A stretch of 64,000 nucleotides of DNA from Pseudobdellovibrionaceae bacterium. GTDB taxonomy: Bacteria; Bdellovibrionota; Bdellovibrionia; Bdellovibrionales; Bdellovibrionaceae. Below are positions 20,577 to 29,761 of the stretch, piece by piece. The position numbers and the translations under genes are program-made. Every line of letters starts with the position of its first letter. The stretch's first letter is position 1. The stretch lies in contig JANPOT010000022.1 of the NCBI GenBank assembly GCA_031428135.1, positions 19,201-83,200 on the forward strand, given 5' to 3'. The notes beneath the pieces are model-generated. The model made no database searches. It had not been told where the DNA came from and saw nothing but the letters and a program-made list of their open reading frames with translations.

Positions 20577-20818
20577 ATTTTCGACAAAAGTCATGGATCC
20601 ATCAAAAAATACTGCTGCCTGGGTCAAAATAAGACCTCAACTATTTAAATACGCGAAATTAAGTCAGTTCACCTTGTTTTTTAAATATTCCAGCGTTACG
20701 ATTCATTAAGCCTATTTTTCAGAGATTTTATTTCTAAAAAGTAAGCCCTACTTTTATTTTTCTATAAGTTTAGATTTTAATAATCTTTATTTACAGAACA
20801 TACAACAAGGAGCCCCTC

Positions 20819-23038
20819 GTGAAACCGACTGTCAACGCACGTCATTCAGCATTCAATTCAGCCATTGATACAAAAGCCCCAAATATTGTTCAAATGACAG
20901 ATCAATTCGGAAAAGAGATTCCTGTTTCTGAATATTTTGGATGTCAAACGTTTGGCCTTGCGCAAATGCGAGAAAAATTAACTAAGGATTCATACAATAG
21001 CCTACTTAAAACTTTAGATGCAGGAAAAAAATTACCCAAGGAAACAGCAGAAGCCATAGCTTCTGCTGTCAAAGAATGGTCCGTTTCAAAAGGCGTTACT
21101 CATTTTTCACACTGGTTTCAACCTATGACAGGATCGACTGCTGAAAAACACGATGCATTTATTTCAATTCAGCACGCAAATCATTCTGAATTGCGAGTGA
21201 TCGAACGATTTACCGGTTCACAATTAATTCAAGGCGAACCCGATGCCTCATCATTTCCGTCAGGCGGCATGCGTTCAACATTTGAAGCTCGTGGATACAC
21301 GGCATGGGATCCTTCATCGCCATTATTTATTATCGAAGAAACAAACGGAAAAACATTGTGTATTCCAACGGTTTTTTTCGGTTATCACGGACAAGCTCTT
21401 GATAATAAAATTCCGTTGATGCGATCTGTAGAATCAGTTTCAAACAGTGCTTGTGATTTTTTAAAATTATTAGGTGATGTTGATGTTAAAAAAATTCAAA
21501 CGACCCTGGGTGTCGAACAAGAGTATTTTTTGATTGATAAAAATTTTGTAGCACTCAGACCCGATTTAATGATGACCGGTCGAACTTTGATCGGTGCACC
21601 TGCGGCGCGCGGCCAACAGCTTGAAGATCATTATTTTGGTGCCATCCCAAGCCGTGTGAAGCATTTTATGCAAGAAGCTGAATTTGAATTGTACAAATTA
21701 GGCGTTCCCATAAAAACACGACACAACGAAGTTGCGCCAAGCCAATTTGAATTGGCTCCCATTTTTGAAGACATGAATATTGCTTCTGACCATAATTTAT
21801 TAACAATGGATGTTTTAAAGCGAATCGCATTAAAACACGGAATGGTCTGTTTACTTCATGAAAAACCATTTGCCGGAGTCAATGGTTCTGGAAAACATAA
21901 CAACTGGTCAATGTCCAATGACAAGGGCGAAAATCTTTTAGAACCTGGAAATACTCCTCACCAAAATTTACGGTTTTTAGCTTGCTTAGCTGTAACCTTG
22001 AAAGCTGTCTATGATCACGCTGCAGTTTTGCGTGCAGCAATTGCATCACCAGGCAATGATCACCGTTTAGGAGCCAACGAAGCTCCTCCTGCAATTATTT
22101 CAGTATTCCTGGGCAGCTTGCTTGAAGATATTTTAAATACAATTGAAAAAGGAAATACATTAAAAGGAACAGATCAGCAAATTATTGATCTGGGAGTAAA
22201 TAAAATTCCAAATGTTTCCAAAGATTATACCGACCGCAATCGCACCAGCCCATTTGCGTTCACAGGAAATAAATTTGAATTTCGTGCCGTCGGATCAACA
22301 CAAAATGTCGCTGTACCGATGTCAATTTTGAACGCGGCTGTTTCAGCATCATTCAAAGAGTGTTCAAACAGATTAAAAGAATTATTAAAAAAGAAAAAAC
22401 GTGACGAAGCCGTCATGGAATTAATTAAACAAATCGTCAAAGAAACAAAAAATATTCGATTCTCAGGCAATGGTTATTCTGATGAATGGAAAACCGAAGC
22501 TAAAAAACGTGGACTGCCGATTTTAAATACGACTCCAGATGCACTTGAAGTCTTCAAAGACAAAAAAGCAGTTCAATTTTTAGTTGATACGAACGTCCTG
22601 ACTTCTGAAGAAATTGCAAGTCGTTACCATATTTCAATAGAACGATATATAAAAACATTGGAAATCGAACATTTGTCGCTGATCGAGCTGGCACACAGTT
22701 ATGTTATTCCTGCTGTTGAAAAACAAATTATAAATTCGGGATCAGCACGCGCACTTGTGATTTCTAAATCAACAATAAAATTACATGAAAGCAGAATGTT
22801 CGCATTGGACCAAGTTTTTGGCTCGGTTTTATCAGAGCTCGAAAAATTTGAATCACTTGTCGAAAAATCACAAAAGATCCACGACGAAGAAAAACGAATG
22901 TGGGATATCGTTGAAGTCGTTCAGCCTGCAAGTTTTAAATTACGAACGGCTTGTGATGAAGCTGAAAAAATTGTCGCCGATGAATTATGGCCATTACCAA
23001 AGTACCGCGAAATATTATTAGCAAATACATTGGCTTGA
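20819..23038 (+). CDS. glnN: Glutamine synthetase type III
   Basis: 739 aa; HWFQPMTG, EPDASSFPSGG, HNEVAPSQFE, GVNGSGKHNNWS, RLGANEAPP, DRNRTSPFAFTGNKFEFR. Confidence 0.95.
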   Translation: MKPTVNARHSAFNSAIDTKAPNIVQMTDQFGKEIPVSEYFGCQTFGLAQMREKLTKDSYNSLLKTLDAGKKLPKETAEAIASAVKEWSVSKGVTHFSHWFQPMTGSTAEKHDAFISIQHANHSELRVIERFTGSQLIQGEPDASSFPSGGMRSTFEARGYTAWDPSSPLFIIEETNGKTLCIPTVFFGYHGQALDNKIPLMRSVESVSNSACDFLKLLGDVDVKKIQTTLGVEQEYFLIDKNFVALRPDLMMTGRTLIGAPAARGQQLEDHYFGAIPSRVKHFMQEAEFELYKLGVPIKTRHNEVAPSQFELAPIFEDMNIASDHNLLTMDVLKRIALKHGMVCLLHEKPFAGVNGSGKHNNWSMSNDKGENLLEPGNTPHQNLRFLACLAVTLKAVYDHAAVLRAAIASPGNDHRLGANEAPPAIISVFLGSLLEDILNTIEKGNTLKGTDQQIIDLGVNKIPNVSKDYTDRNRTSPFAFTGNKFEFRAVGSTQNVAVPMSILNAAVSASFKECSNRLKELLKKKKRDEAVMELIKQIVKETKNIRFSGNGYSDEWKTEAKKRGLPILNTTPDALEVFKDKKAVQFLVDTNVLTSEEIASRYHISIERYIKTLEIEHLSLIELAHSYVIPAVEKQIINSGSARALVISKSTIKLHESRMFALDQVFGSVLSELEKFESLVEKSQKIHDEEKRMWDIVEVVQPASFKLRTACDEAEKIVADELWPLPKYREILLANTLA

Positions 23039-23045
23039 TTAAACT

Positions 23046-23936
23046 ATGAAAAAATCTGAAAATTTTAAAAAACAATATCGTTTTTTGAATCGCGATGGAA
23101 CAAACAATATCATAAAACCTAAAACACATGGTTTTTTTGAAGACGTTTATCATCGAACGATGGGGCTTTCTTGGTTTCAGTTTTTTTTAATTTTAACTGT
23201 TCTGTATTTTGCTATCAATTTTATTTTTGCTTTGCTGTACTTTTCGATTGGCGTTGATGGGCTGACTGGCGTCAGATCAGTTTCGCAAAATTTAAATTTT
23301 TTAAGTGAATGTTTTTTCTTTAGCATTCAAACTTTTTCCACTATCGGGTATGGCTCGGTTTCACCAGCCAATTTATTAACAAATACAGTTGTCTCATTCC
23401 AAGCACTTTTGGGTTTACTGAGCGTGGGCCTGATGTCAGGATTATTTTTTTCACGATTTTCAACGCCAACAGCCAGGGTTGCGCACTCTGAAGTTGCGTT
23501 GATCACAAAACATGAAAATCAAAATGTATTCATGTTTCGGATGGCGAATGCCCGAATGAACCAAATGATCGAAGCCAGTGTGACTGTTATGATCGCTATC
23601 GATACAACAACTCCCGAAGGTATCACGCTCAGAAAACTGATTGACCTTCCGGTCCTCAGATCGAAAACACCTGCTTTTGCTTTGTCGTGGACAGTCATTC
23701 ATGTCATCGATGACCAAAGTCCGTTGTACAAAAAAAGTATTTTGGATTTAGAAAATAATAATGCTGAAATTTTTGTTTTAGTATCTGGCCATGACGAAAG
23801 TTTTCACCAACTTGTATTTTCAAGGTATTCATACACAGCCAATGAAATTGTTTTAGATCGCCAATACAAAGACATGCTGATTCGCGAAGGCCATATGCTA
23901 AGAATTAATATTGATGACATTTCAAAATTGAAATAA
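23046..23936 (+). CDS. Inward-rectifier potassium channel (KirBac type)
   Basis: FFFSIQTFSTIGYG filter; two TMs; Kir cytoplasmic domain (FRMANAR, SWTVIHVID). Confidence 0.92.
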   Translation: MKKSENFKKQYRFLNRDGTNNIIKPKTHGFFEDVYHRTMGLSWFQFFLILTVLYFAINFIFALLYFSIGVDGLTGVRSVSQNLNFLSECFFFSIQTFSTIGYGSVSPANLLTNTVVSFQALLGLLSVGLMSGLFFSRFSTPTARVAHSEVALITKHENQNVFMFRMANARMNQMIEASVTVMIAIDTTTPEGITLRKLIDLPVLRSKTPAFALSWTVIHVIDDQSPLYKKSILDLENNNAEIFVLVSGHDESFHQLVFSRYSYTANEIVLDRQYKDMLIREGHMLRINIDDISKLK

Positions 23937-23940
23937 AAAT

Positions 23941-25215
23941 TTATTTTATGGTTTTTGCGCTTTCAAGCAAGCCCGATAAAATTGAATCAAAAAAATTCTT
24001 TGCTTGAATTTTATTTTGACCAAATCGAAGATTAAAAATATTTTGAATCGCTGGGACATGCGCCGAACCGCCTGTCAAAAAAACAGAATCAATGTCTGAC
24101 GGCTCAAGTCCTGCCGATTGCATACATCTGTCTAAGGCTGTTGAAACTTCTGTTAAAATCGATTCAGACCATTGAACGAATTCGGTTTTGGTAAATACAT
24201 CTGAAGTTTCAATATCGGGATAATTAAATTCAAAATCAACAGATTCATTTTTTGAAAGCATTTTCTTCGTTTTTTCAATCGTTTCAAAAAATGGAAATAT
24301 TTGTTGATCTTCGATCAAGATAAATAATCGATCAATTATTTTTTGATCGGAAACTTTTAAGGCGCATTTTTGAACTTCTTTGATAAAATGAAATGTTTCT
24401 TTTTCTTTCAGATGAACAATATGTGCCGGTTTATTCAATCGTTCCATAATTGAATATGGCATTTTAAAAATATTATTGGACATTGGCAATTGATACATAG
24501 CCTTTGCACCAAACGTTGTATTGAGCCTGTGGCTCATAAATAAACTGTCAAACGCATCACCTGCGACCGGACAGCCATCAATCGACAACACATCTGATTT
24601 TTTAAATTCATTTTTTGAAATTTTTAATATAGTAAAATCTGATGTGCCTCCGCCGAAATCACCAATCAATATTGTTTTTTCTGATTCAGTCGTTTTTCGA
24701 AATTCCAAGGCAGCGGCCAGTGGCTCTGGTATAAATTCAATATCAATGAATCCGGCAAACTGTGCAGCTTTGGTCATCCGAAACAGTGCAAATTCATCTT
24801 CGATCACATCCATGGAATACCTGGCAGGTTTTCCCAAAATAATTTTTGTCAGTTGATGCCCGACTTGTAATTCGGATCGTTTTTTGATTTCTAATAAAAA
24901 AGTTCCAATCATCGTTTCTAAATTCAAAATGCGATTGTCGATAATTGATCCTAAGTAATTTTTATTGGGCAAATGTGCTTTAAATGATCTGAATATGCGG
25001 CCTTCCATTTCATTTTCAATAAATTTTTCAAGCGCCTGGGAACCATAATAACATTCGTTCATCGTCGGAAAATACAGCAACGTTCGCATTAAATACGGAT
25101 CAGCCAGTTTCGGTTCTAATTTAATTTTTTGATTCTTTTTTTCTGAATCAGGATAAGCCACGCCTGCTAATGTATGACTGGTACCAAAATCAACACACAA
25201 TACAGGTTCTATCAT
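23941..25215 (-). CDS. Hsp70-family protein, YegD-like
   Basis: DFGTSHT, EPLAAA, DFGGGTSDF, LTGGSA; lacks a substrate-binding domain. Confidence 0.85.
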   Translation of the reverse strand: MIEPVLCVDFGTSHTLAGVAYPDSEKKNQKIKLEPKLADPYLMRTLLYFPTMNECYYGSQALEKFIENEMEGRIFRSFKAHLPNKNYLGSIIDNRILNLETMIGTFLLEIKKRSELQVGHQLTKIILGKPARYSMDVIEDEFALFRMTKAAQFAGFIDIEFIPEPLAAALEFRKTTESEKTILIGDFGGGTSDFTILKISKNEFKKSDVLSIDGCPVAGDAFDSLFMSHRLNTTFGAKAMYQLPMSNNIFKMPYSIMERLNKPAHIVHLKEKETFHFIKEVQKCALKVSDQKIIDRLFILIEDQQIFPFFETIEKTKKMLSKNESVDFEFNYPDIETSDVFTKTEFVQWSESILTEVSTALDRCMQSAGLEPSDIDSVFLTGGSAHVPAIQNIFNLRFGQNKIQAKNFFDSILSGLLESAKTIK

Positions 25216-25218
25216 ATT

Positions 25219-27414
25219 TTATCCCGCACAAGCTGTGGTCGTTCCACAATTCGAACATCGGTAACAGCCTGATTCTAGCAAAGTGATACCTCCGCATTCA
25301 GTGCACGATGGAAAATTATTATGAGCAGTTCCCGATAATGGTTGGGCAAATTTACTGCCATCTCGGTATACGGCAACTGATTTTATTTTTAAGAGCCATG
25401 CCATTTTATATATTTTAGAAATATCTTCGACTGTCGATGCTGCAGGCATATTCACAGTTTTTGATATGGCTCCTGAAATAAACGGCTGAACGGCCGCCAT
25501 CATTAATAGGTGACCTTCAGGACTGATTGATTGATCACCCACGGCTGTTTCAAAAATTTTAAAATGTTCATTTTTTAAAATCACAGATTTTTTAACTGAT
25601 CCTGATTTTTCAATTTCTGTCATAATTTCTTTAATCGCTGATTCGTTATAATTTAAATTTTTCAGCGCAATTAAAACTGATTGATTAACGATTTTTATTG
25701 ATCCACCACCTGATAATTTTTTATATTTAATCAACGCATAATCAGGTTCGATTCCTGTCGTGTCACAATCCATCACAAGCCCAATCGTTCCCGTCGGTGC
25801 AATCACGGTAACTTGTGCATTTCTAAAACCATATTTAAAACCTGATACAATCACGTCACGCCAAATATCTTCGCAAATAATTTGGAATTCATTGGGTAGC
25901 AATGACCAATCAATTTTTTTCAATGCTTTTTGATGAGACGAAATCACTTTCAACATCGTAGATTTATTTTTTCTATACCCAGCAAATGGATTTAATTTTC
26001 GAGCTAGATGTGAACTTTGTAAGTAAGCCTGTCCTGTCATTAATGCCGTGATACCAGCAGCCCATGCACGACCCTGTTCAGAATCATAGGCAAGACCCAG
26101 TTGCATTAAAAGGCTTCCTAGATCTGCATAACCCAAACCCAATGGTCTAAAATCGTGTGAGTTCTGAGCAATTTTTTTTGTTGGATAACTAGCATAATCA
26201 ACCAAGGATTCCTGGGCCGAAATAAATATTTTTACGGTATTTAAAAATTCGTTGATATCGAATTCATTTTCAGCATTTAAATATTTTGTCAGCCTGATCG
26301 ATGCCAGATTGCATGCTGAATCATTTAAGAACATATACTCAGAACAAGGGTTACTGGCATAAATTTCATCTGTGACACTGCACGTGTGCATTTTGTTGAT
26401 TGTTGTATTGAACTGAACACCTGGGTCTGCACATTCCCATGCGGATTCACAAATTTTTTGCCAAATTTCAGTCGCCTGAATTTTTTGGATAATTTTTTTT
26501 GAATTTCTTTCGCGCAAAGACCAGGTTTTATTTTTATTAAGCGCATTCATAAAAGCATCTGGAATCCGAACTGAATTGTTTGCATTTTGCCCGGATACTG
26601 TCCTGTAAGCTTCACCGTCCAGATCACTGGAATACCCTGCTGAAATTAATTTTTTTGCTTTTCGTTCTTCATTTCTTTTCCAATGAATAAAGTCTAAAAT
26701 TTCGGGATGATCGATATCAACACAGACCATTTTTGCAGCTCTGCGGGTTGTGCCACCAGATTTAACGGCGCCGGCTGATTTATCCAGAACTTCTAAGAAC
26801 GAAATTAATCCCGAACTTGTACCGCCGGAATTTAATTTTTCAAATTTACTACGCAGATTTGAAAAATTTGTTCCTGAACCCGAGCCATATTTAAAAAGTT
26901 TGGCTTCTGTTTGTACTAAATTAAAAATTGATTCCAAGTTGTCATCAACAGACTGGATAAAACAGGCTGAACACTGGGGGTTTTGGTACGCATCATAAGT
27001 TTCAACAATTTTATTTTTCTTTGAATTCCAAATATAATGCTGACTTTTTGATTTTAAATTATAGGCTTCTGACAAACCACAATTAAACCAAACCGGAGAA
27101 TTAAATGCGGCCTGTTGGTTCAGTAAAGAATTTTTAATATCTTGAATAAAACTTTTAACTTCACCAGGCGTATTTAAAATTTTTGACTGTGTAACAGCCC
27201 TTGTCAGCCCCAAACAGACACGATCTACTAATTGATAAATTGAGTTTTCTTTTTTAATCGATTTTCGAAAATATTTACTGGCTGCAATATCGACCGCGTT
27301 TTGAGACCAAGACTGAGGCGATTTGATTTTTTTCATTTGAAAATAAATCTGGCCATCTAGGCTTTGGATTATGGAATCTTTAAAAACAGACTTGCTGCGT
27401 ATATTTTGACTCAT
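25219..27414 (-). CDS. nrdJ: Adenosylcobalamin-dependent (class II) ribonucleotide reductase
   Basis: FNSPVWFN, CSACFI, GGTTRRAAKM, SNPCSEY, CNLAS, APTGTI, SGAISKTVN. Confidence 0.93.
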   Translation of the reverse strand: MSQNIRSKSVFKDSIIQSLDGQIYFQMKKIKSPQSWSQNAVDIAASKYFRKSIKKENSIYQLVDRVCLGLTRAVTQSKILNTPGEVKSFIQDIKNSLLNQQAAFNSPVWFNCGLSEAYNLKSKSQHYIWNSKKNKIVETYDAYQNPQCSACFIQSVDDNLESIFNLVQTEAKLFKYGSGSGTNFSNLRSKFEKLNSGGTSSGLISFLEVLDKSAGAVKSGGTTRRAAKMVCVDIDHPEILDFIHWKRNEERKAKKLISAGYSSDLDGEAYRTVSGQNANNSVRIPDAFMNALNKNKTWSLRERNSKKIIQKIQATEIWQKICESAWECADPGVQFNTTINKMHTCSVTDEIYASNPCSEYMFLNDSACNLASIRLTKYLNAENEFDINEFLNTVKIFISAQESLVDYASYPTKKIAQNSHDFRPLGLGYADLGSLLMQLGLAYDSEQGRAWAAGITALMTGQAYLQSSHLARKLNPFAGYRKNKSTMLKVISSHQKALKKIDWSLLPNEFQIICEDIWRDVIVSGFKYGFRNAQVTVIAPTGTIGLVMDCDTTGIEPDYALIKYKKLSGGGSIKIVNQSVLIALKNLNYNESAIKEIMTEIEKSGSVKKSVILKNEHFKIFETAVGDQSISPEGHLLMMAAVQPFISGAISKTVNMPAASTVEDISKIYKMAWLLKIKSVAVYRDGSKFAQPLSGTAHNNFPSCTECGGITLLESGCYRCSNCGTTTACAG

Positions 27415-27439
27415 GATTTATCTTAGACTATAAAAAAAC

Positions 27440-28612
27440 ATGATCGCAACAAAAACAAATTTACCGCTTTATTTTGATTATAATTCAACAACCCCCCTGG
27501 ACCCACAGGTTTTGGAAGCAATGATGCCATACCTGACGGTTTTTTTTGGAAATCCTGCGAATCAACTTCATGCTTACGGCTGGGCTGCTCAAAATGCAAT
27601 TGATCTGGCAACAAAACAAACTGCAGAATTGATTCATGCAAAACCCAACGAAATAGTTTGGAATTCTGGTGCGACAGAAGGCAATAATACAGTTTTTTGG
27701 GGCCTGACAAAAACTCTCAAAAAAGAAAATCAAAAAATTCATTTTATCACAAGTGAAATTGAACATGCCTCTGTTCTTAAAACTTTTGAGCATCTGAAAA
27801 AATATGAAAATATTGAATTCACAATTTTACCAGTCGATTCGAAGGGCTTCGTCACACTTGAACAAATTCAAAAAAATATCCGGCCGCATACAAAGTTGAT
27901 CAGTGTTATGTGGGTCAACAATGAAATTGGTACAATTCAACCGATCACAGAAATTGCCAATTTCTGTCAATCCAACAAAATATATTTTCACACTGATGCT
28001 ACACAGGCTATTGGTAAAATTGAAATCGATTTGCAAAAAATACCGATTCATTTTTTGACTGTATCGTCACATAAAATGTACGGCCCCAAAGGCATCGGTT
28101 TTTTATACACCAGGTCACTGAATCCGCATGTTCAAATCGAAAATTATTTATCTGGCGGGGGCCAACAAAATAACCAACGCTCGGGAACATTAAATGTTCC
28201 CTCAATTGTTGGTGCTGGATGCGCCTGTGAAATCGCAAAAAACAAATTTGAATCTGAAAATCAAAATAACAGAAACCTGCAGAAATTATTTCTGACTGAA
28301 TTAAAACTCGCAATGCCTGATTTAATATTAAACGGTCCTGATTTGGATTCAAACCACAGATCACCTACCAACCTGAGCCTGACGTTCCCGGGTAAACCCA
28401 TAGCCATGTACATATCAAAATTGGGCGGTATTGCGTTCAGTCAGGGCTCAGCCTGTCACACAGGTGAAATTACTATGTCACCTGTGTTAAAGGCCATCGG
28501 ACTGACTCAGGATGTTGCAAGTAGCACGATTCGATTGTCGGTGGGTCGATTAACAACGACCGAGGATATTTATAATGCGGTCAGGCTTTTCAAAACTGTA
28601 TTTGATTCATAG
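27440..28612 (+). CDS. iscS: Cysteine desulfurase
   Basis: DYNSTTP, HTDATQ, SSHKMYGPKG, RSGT, SQGSAC. Confidence 0.93.
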   Translation: MIATKTNLPLYFDYNSTTPLDPQVLEAMMPYLTVFFGNPANQLHAYGWAAQNAIDLATKQTAELIHAKPNEIVWNSGATEGNNTVFWGLTKTLKKENQKIHFITSEIEHASVLKTFEHLKKYENIEFTILPVDSKGFVTLEQIQKNIRPHTKLISVMWVNNEIGTIQPITEIANFCQSNKIYFHTDATQAIGKIEIDLQKIPIHFLTVSSHKMYGPKGIGFLYTRSLNPHVQIENYLSGGGQQNNQRSGTLNVPSIVGAGCACEIAKNKFESENQNNRNLQKLFLTELKLAMPDLILNGPDLDSNHRSPTNLSLTFPGKPIAMYISKLGGIAFSQGSACHTGEITMSPVLKAIGLTQDVASSTIRLSVGRLTTTEDIYNAVRLFKTVFDS

Positions 28613-28656
28613 CATTTACATCAGACGCTAAAGATTAACACTTCAGAGGAGTTCTT

Positions 28657-29067
28657 ATGAAATTGATATCGATATTATCCGTTCTGTTTTTTGCAGGTCT
28701 ATTACAAGCTGAAATCCGCATTGAAAATGCTACTGCTCAAAATAATTTACAGATCCAAAGCAGCCGCCACTATTATAATTTTGGCCGTGTGCAATCTGGC
28801 ACAATTCATACAACATCGTATACAATCAGAAATACAGGCACAACATACCTGCAGTATTCATCTGCAAATATCTGGGGTATTGATTTTTCATCAAATCATA
28901 ACTGTTTTTCAGGAATGTATCCTGGCCAAAGCTGTGAATTTCAAATCAGATATTGGCCGTATAATGTCGGCATGCATTCAGGCCAATTTGATATACGTTT
29001 TTACGGGCCAACACCAACACCTGAGACAATCCACGTCGATCTGTGGGGCGAAGCCGTTTACAGATAA
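28657..29067 (+). CDS. Secreted single Ig-like (ASH/choice-of-anchor-D-like) domain protein
   Basis: Signal peptide; NFGRV..YTIRNTG..CFSGMYPGQSCEFQIRYWP pattern; SD GAGGAG. Confidence 0.65.
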   Translation: MKLISILSVLFFAGLLQAEIRIENATAQNNLQIQSSRHYYNFGRVQSGTIHTTSYTIRNTGTTYLQYSSANIWGIDFSSNHNCFSGMYPGQSCEFQIRYWPYNVGMHSGQFDIRFYGPTPTPETIHVDLWGEAVYR

Positions 29068-29107
29068 TTGAACTGCTGTTTAACAGCTTATAAAACTGAA
29101 ATAATCC

Positions 29108-29136
29108 AAAATACGGTCTTCACAGAACCGTATTTT
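29108..29136 (+). terminator. Intrinsic terminator-like hairpin
   Basis: AAAATACGGT-cttcacaga-ACCGTATTTT followed by T's. Confidence 0.55.
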
Positions 29137-29153
29137 TGTTTTATACTTTAATT

Positions 29154-29480
29154 ATGATTGAAATTGCACAAAGTGCCGTAACACGCCTTAAAAACCTCAA
29201 ATCTGAAGAAAATCAACCGATCGATACTCCTTTGCGTGTTGAAGTCAAAAAAGGTGGTTGCTCGGGTTTGTCTTATAAGATGAATTTCGACCAAACAGCC
29301 AAAGATGGTGATCAAGTCTTTGAATCTAACGGTGAAAAAATCATTGTTGACGGCGAAAGCCTACTTTATCTGATCGGCATGACTTTGGAATATTCTGGTG
29401 GCTTGAACGGCAAAGGCTTCGTATTTAATAACCCCAATGCGACAAAAAATTGTGGCTGCGGGTCCAGTTTTAACGTTTAA
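29154..29480 (+). CDS. iscA: Fe-S cluster assembly A-type carrier (IscA/HesB)
   Basis: GGCSGLSY, GFVFNNPNA, CGCGSSF; start reassigned to ATG 29154. Confidence 0.93.
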   Translation: MIEIAQSAVTRLKNLKSEENQPIDTPLRVEVKKGGCSGLSYKMNFDQTAKDGDQVFESNGEKIIVDGESLLYLIGMTLEYSGGLNGKGFVFNNPNATKNCGCGSSFNV

Positions 29481-29761
29481 ACAAAAGTCTTACTGTTGTT
29501 AAATGCCCTCAGGCTGTTTTAATTACAAAAAAATTATAAAATAAATTTAAAAAATAAATCAAAGCTTTACAATTGATCAAATCACTGACAATTTACCCAA
29601 ACACAAAATACGCAGTCGTCAAAGAGGGTTGTTTTCTTATAGTTGTTTATAAGAAAACTTTTAAAACGCAAGCGTATCAACAAAATACGCTTATTAGGTC
29701 CGGGCTTAAGGTTCAAACTCACTGCCTAAAAACTTAAGAGCGCTTTAAAAAAAGGATTCTC

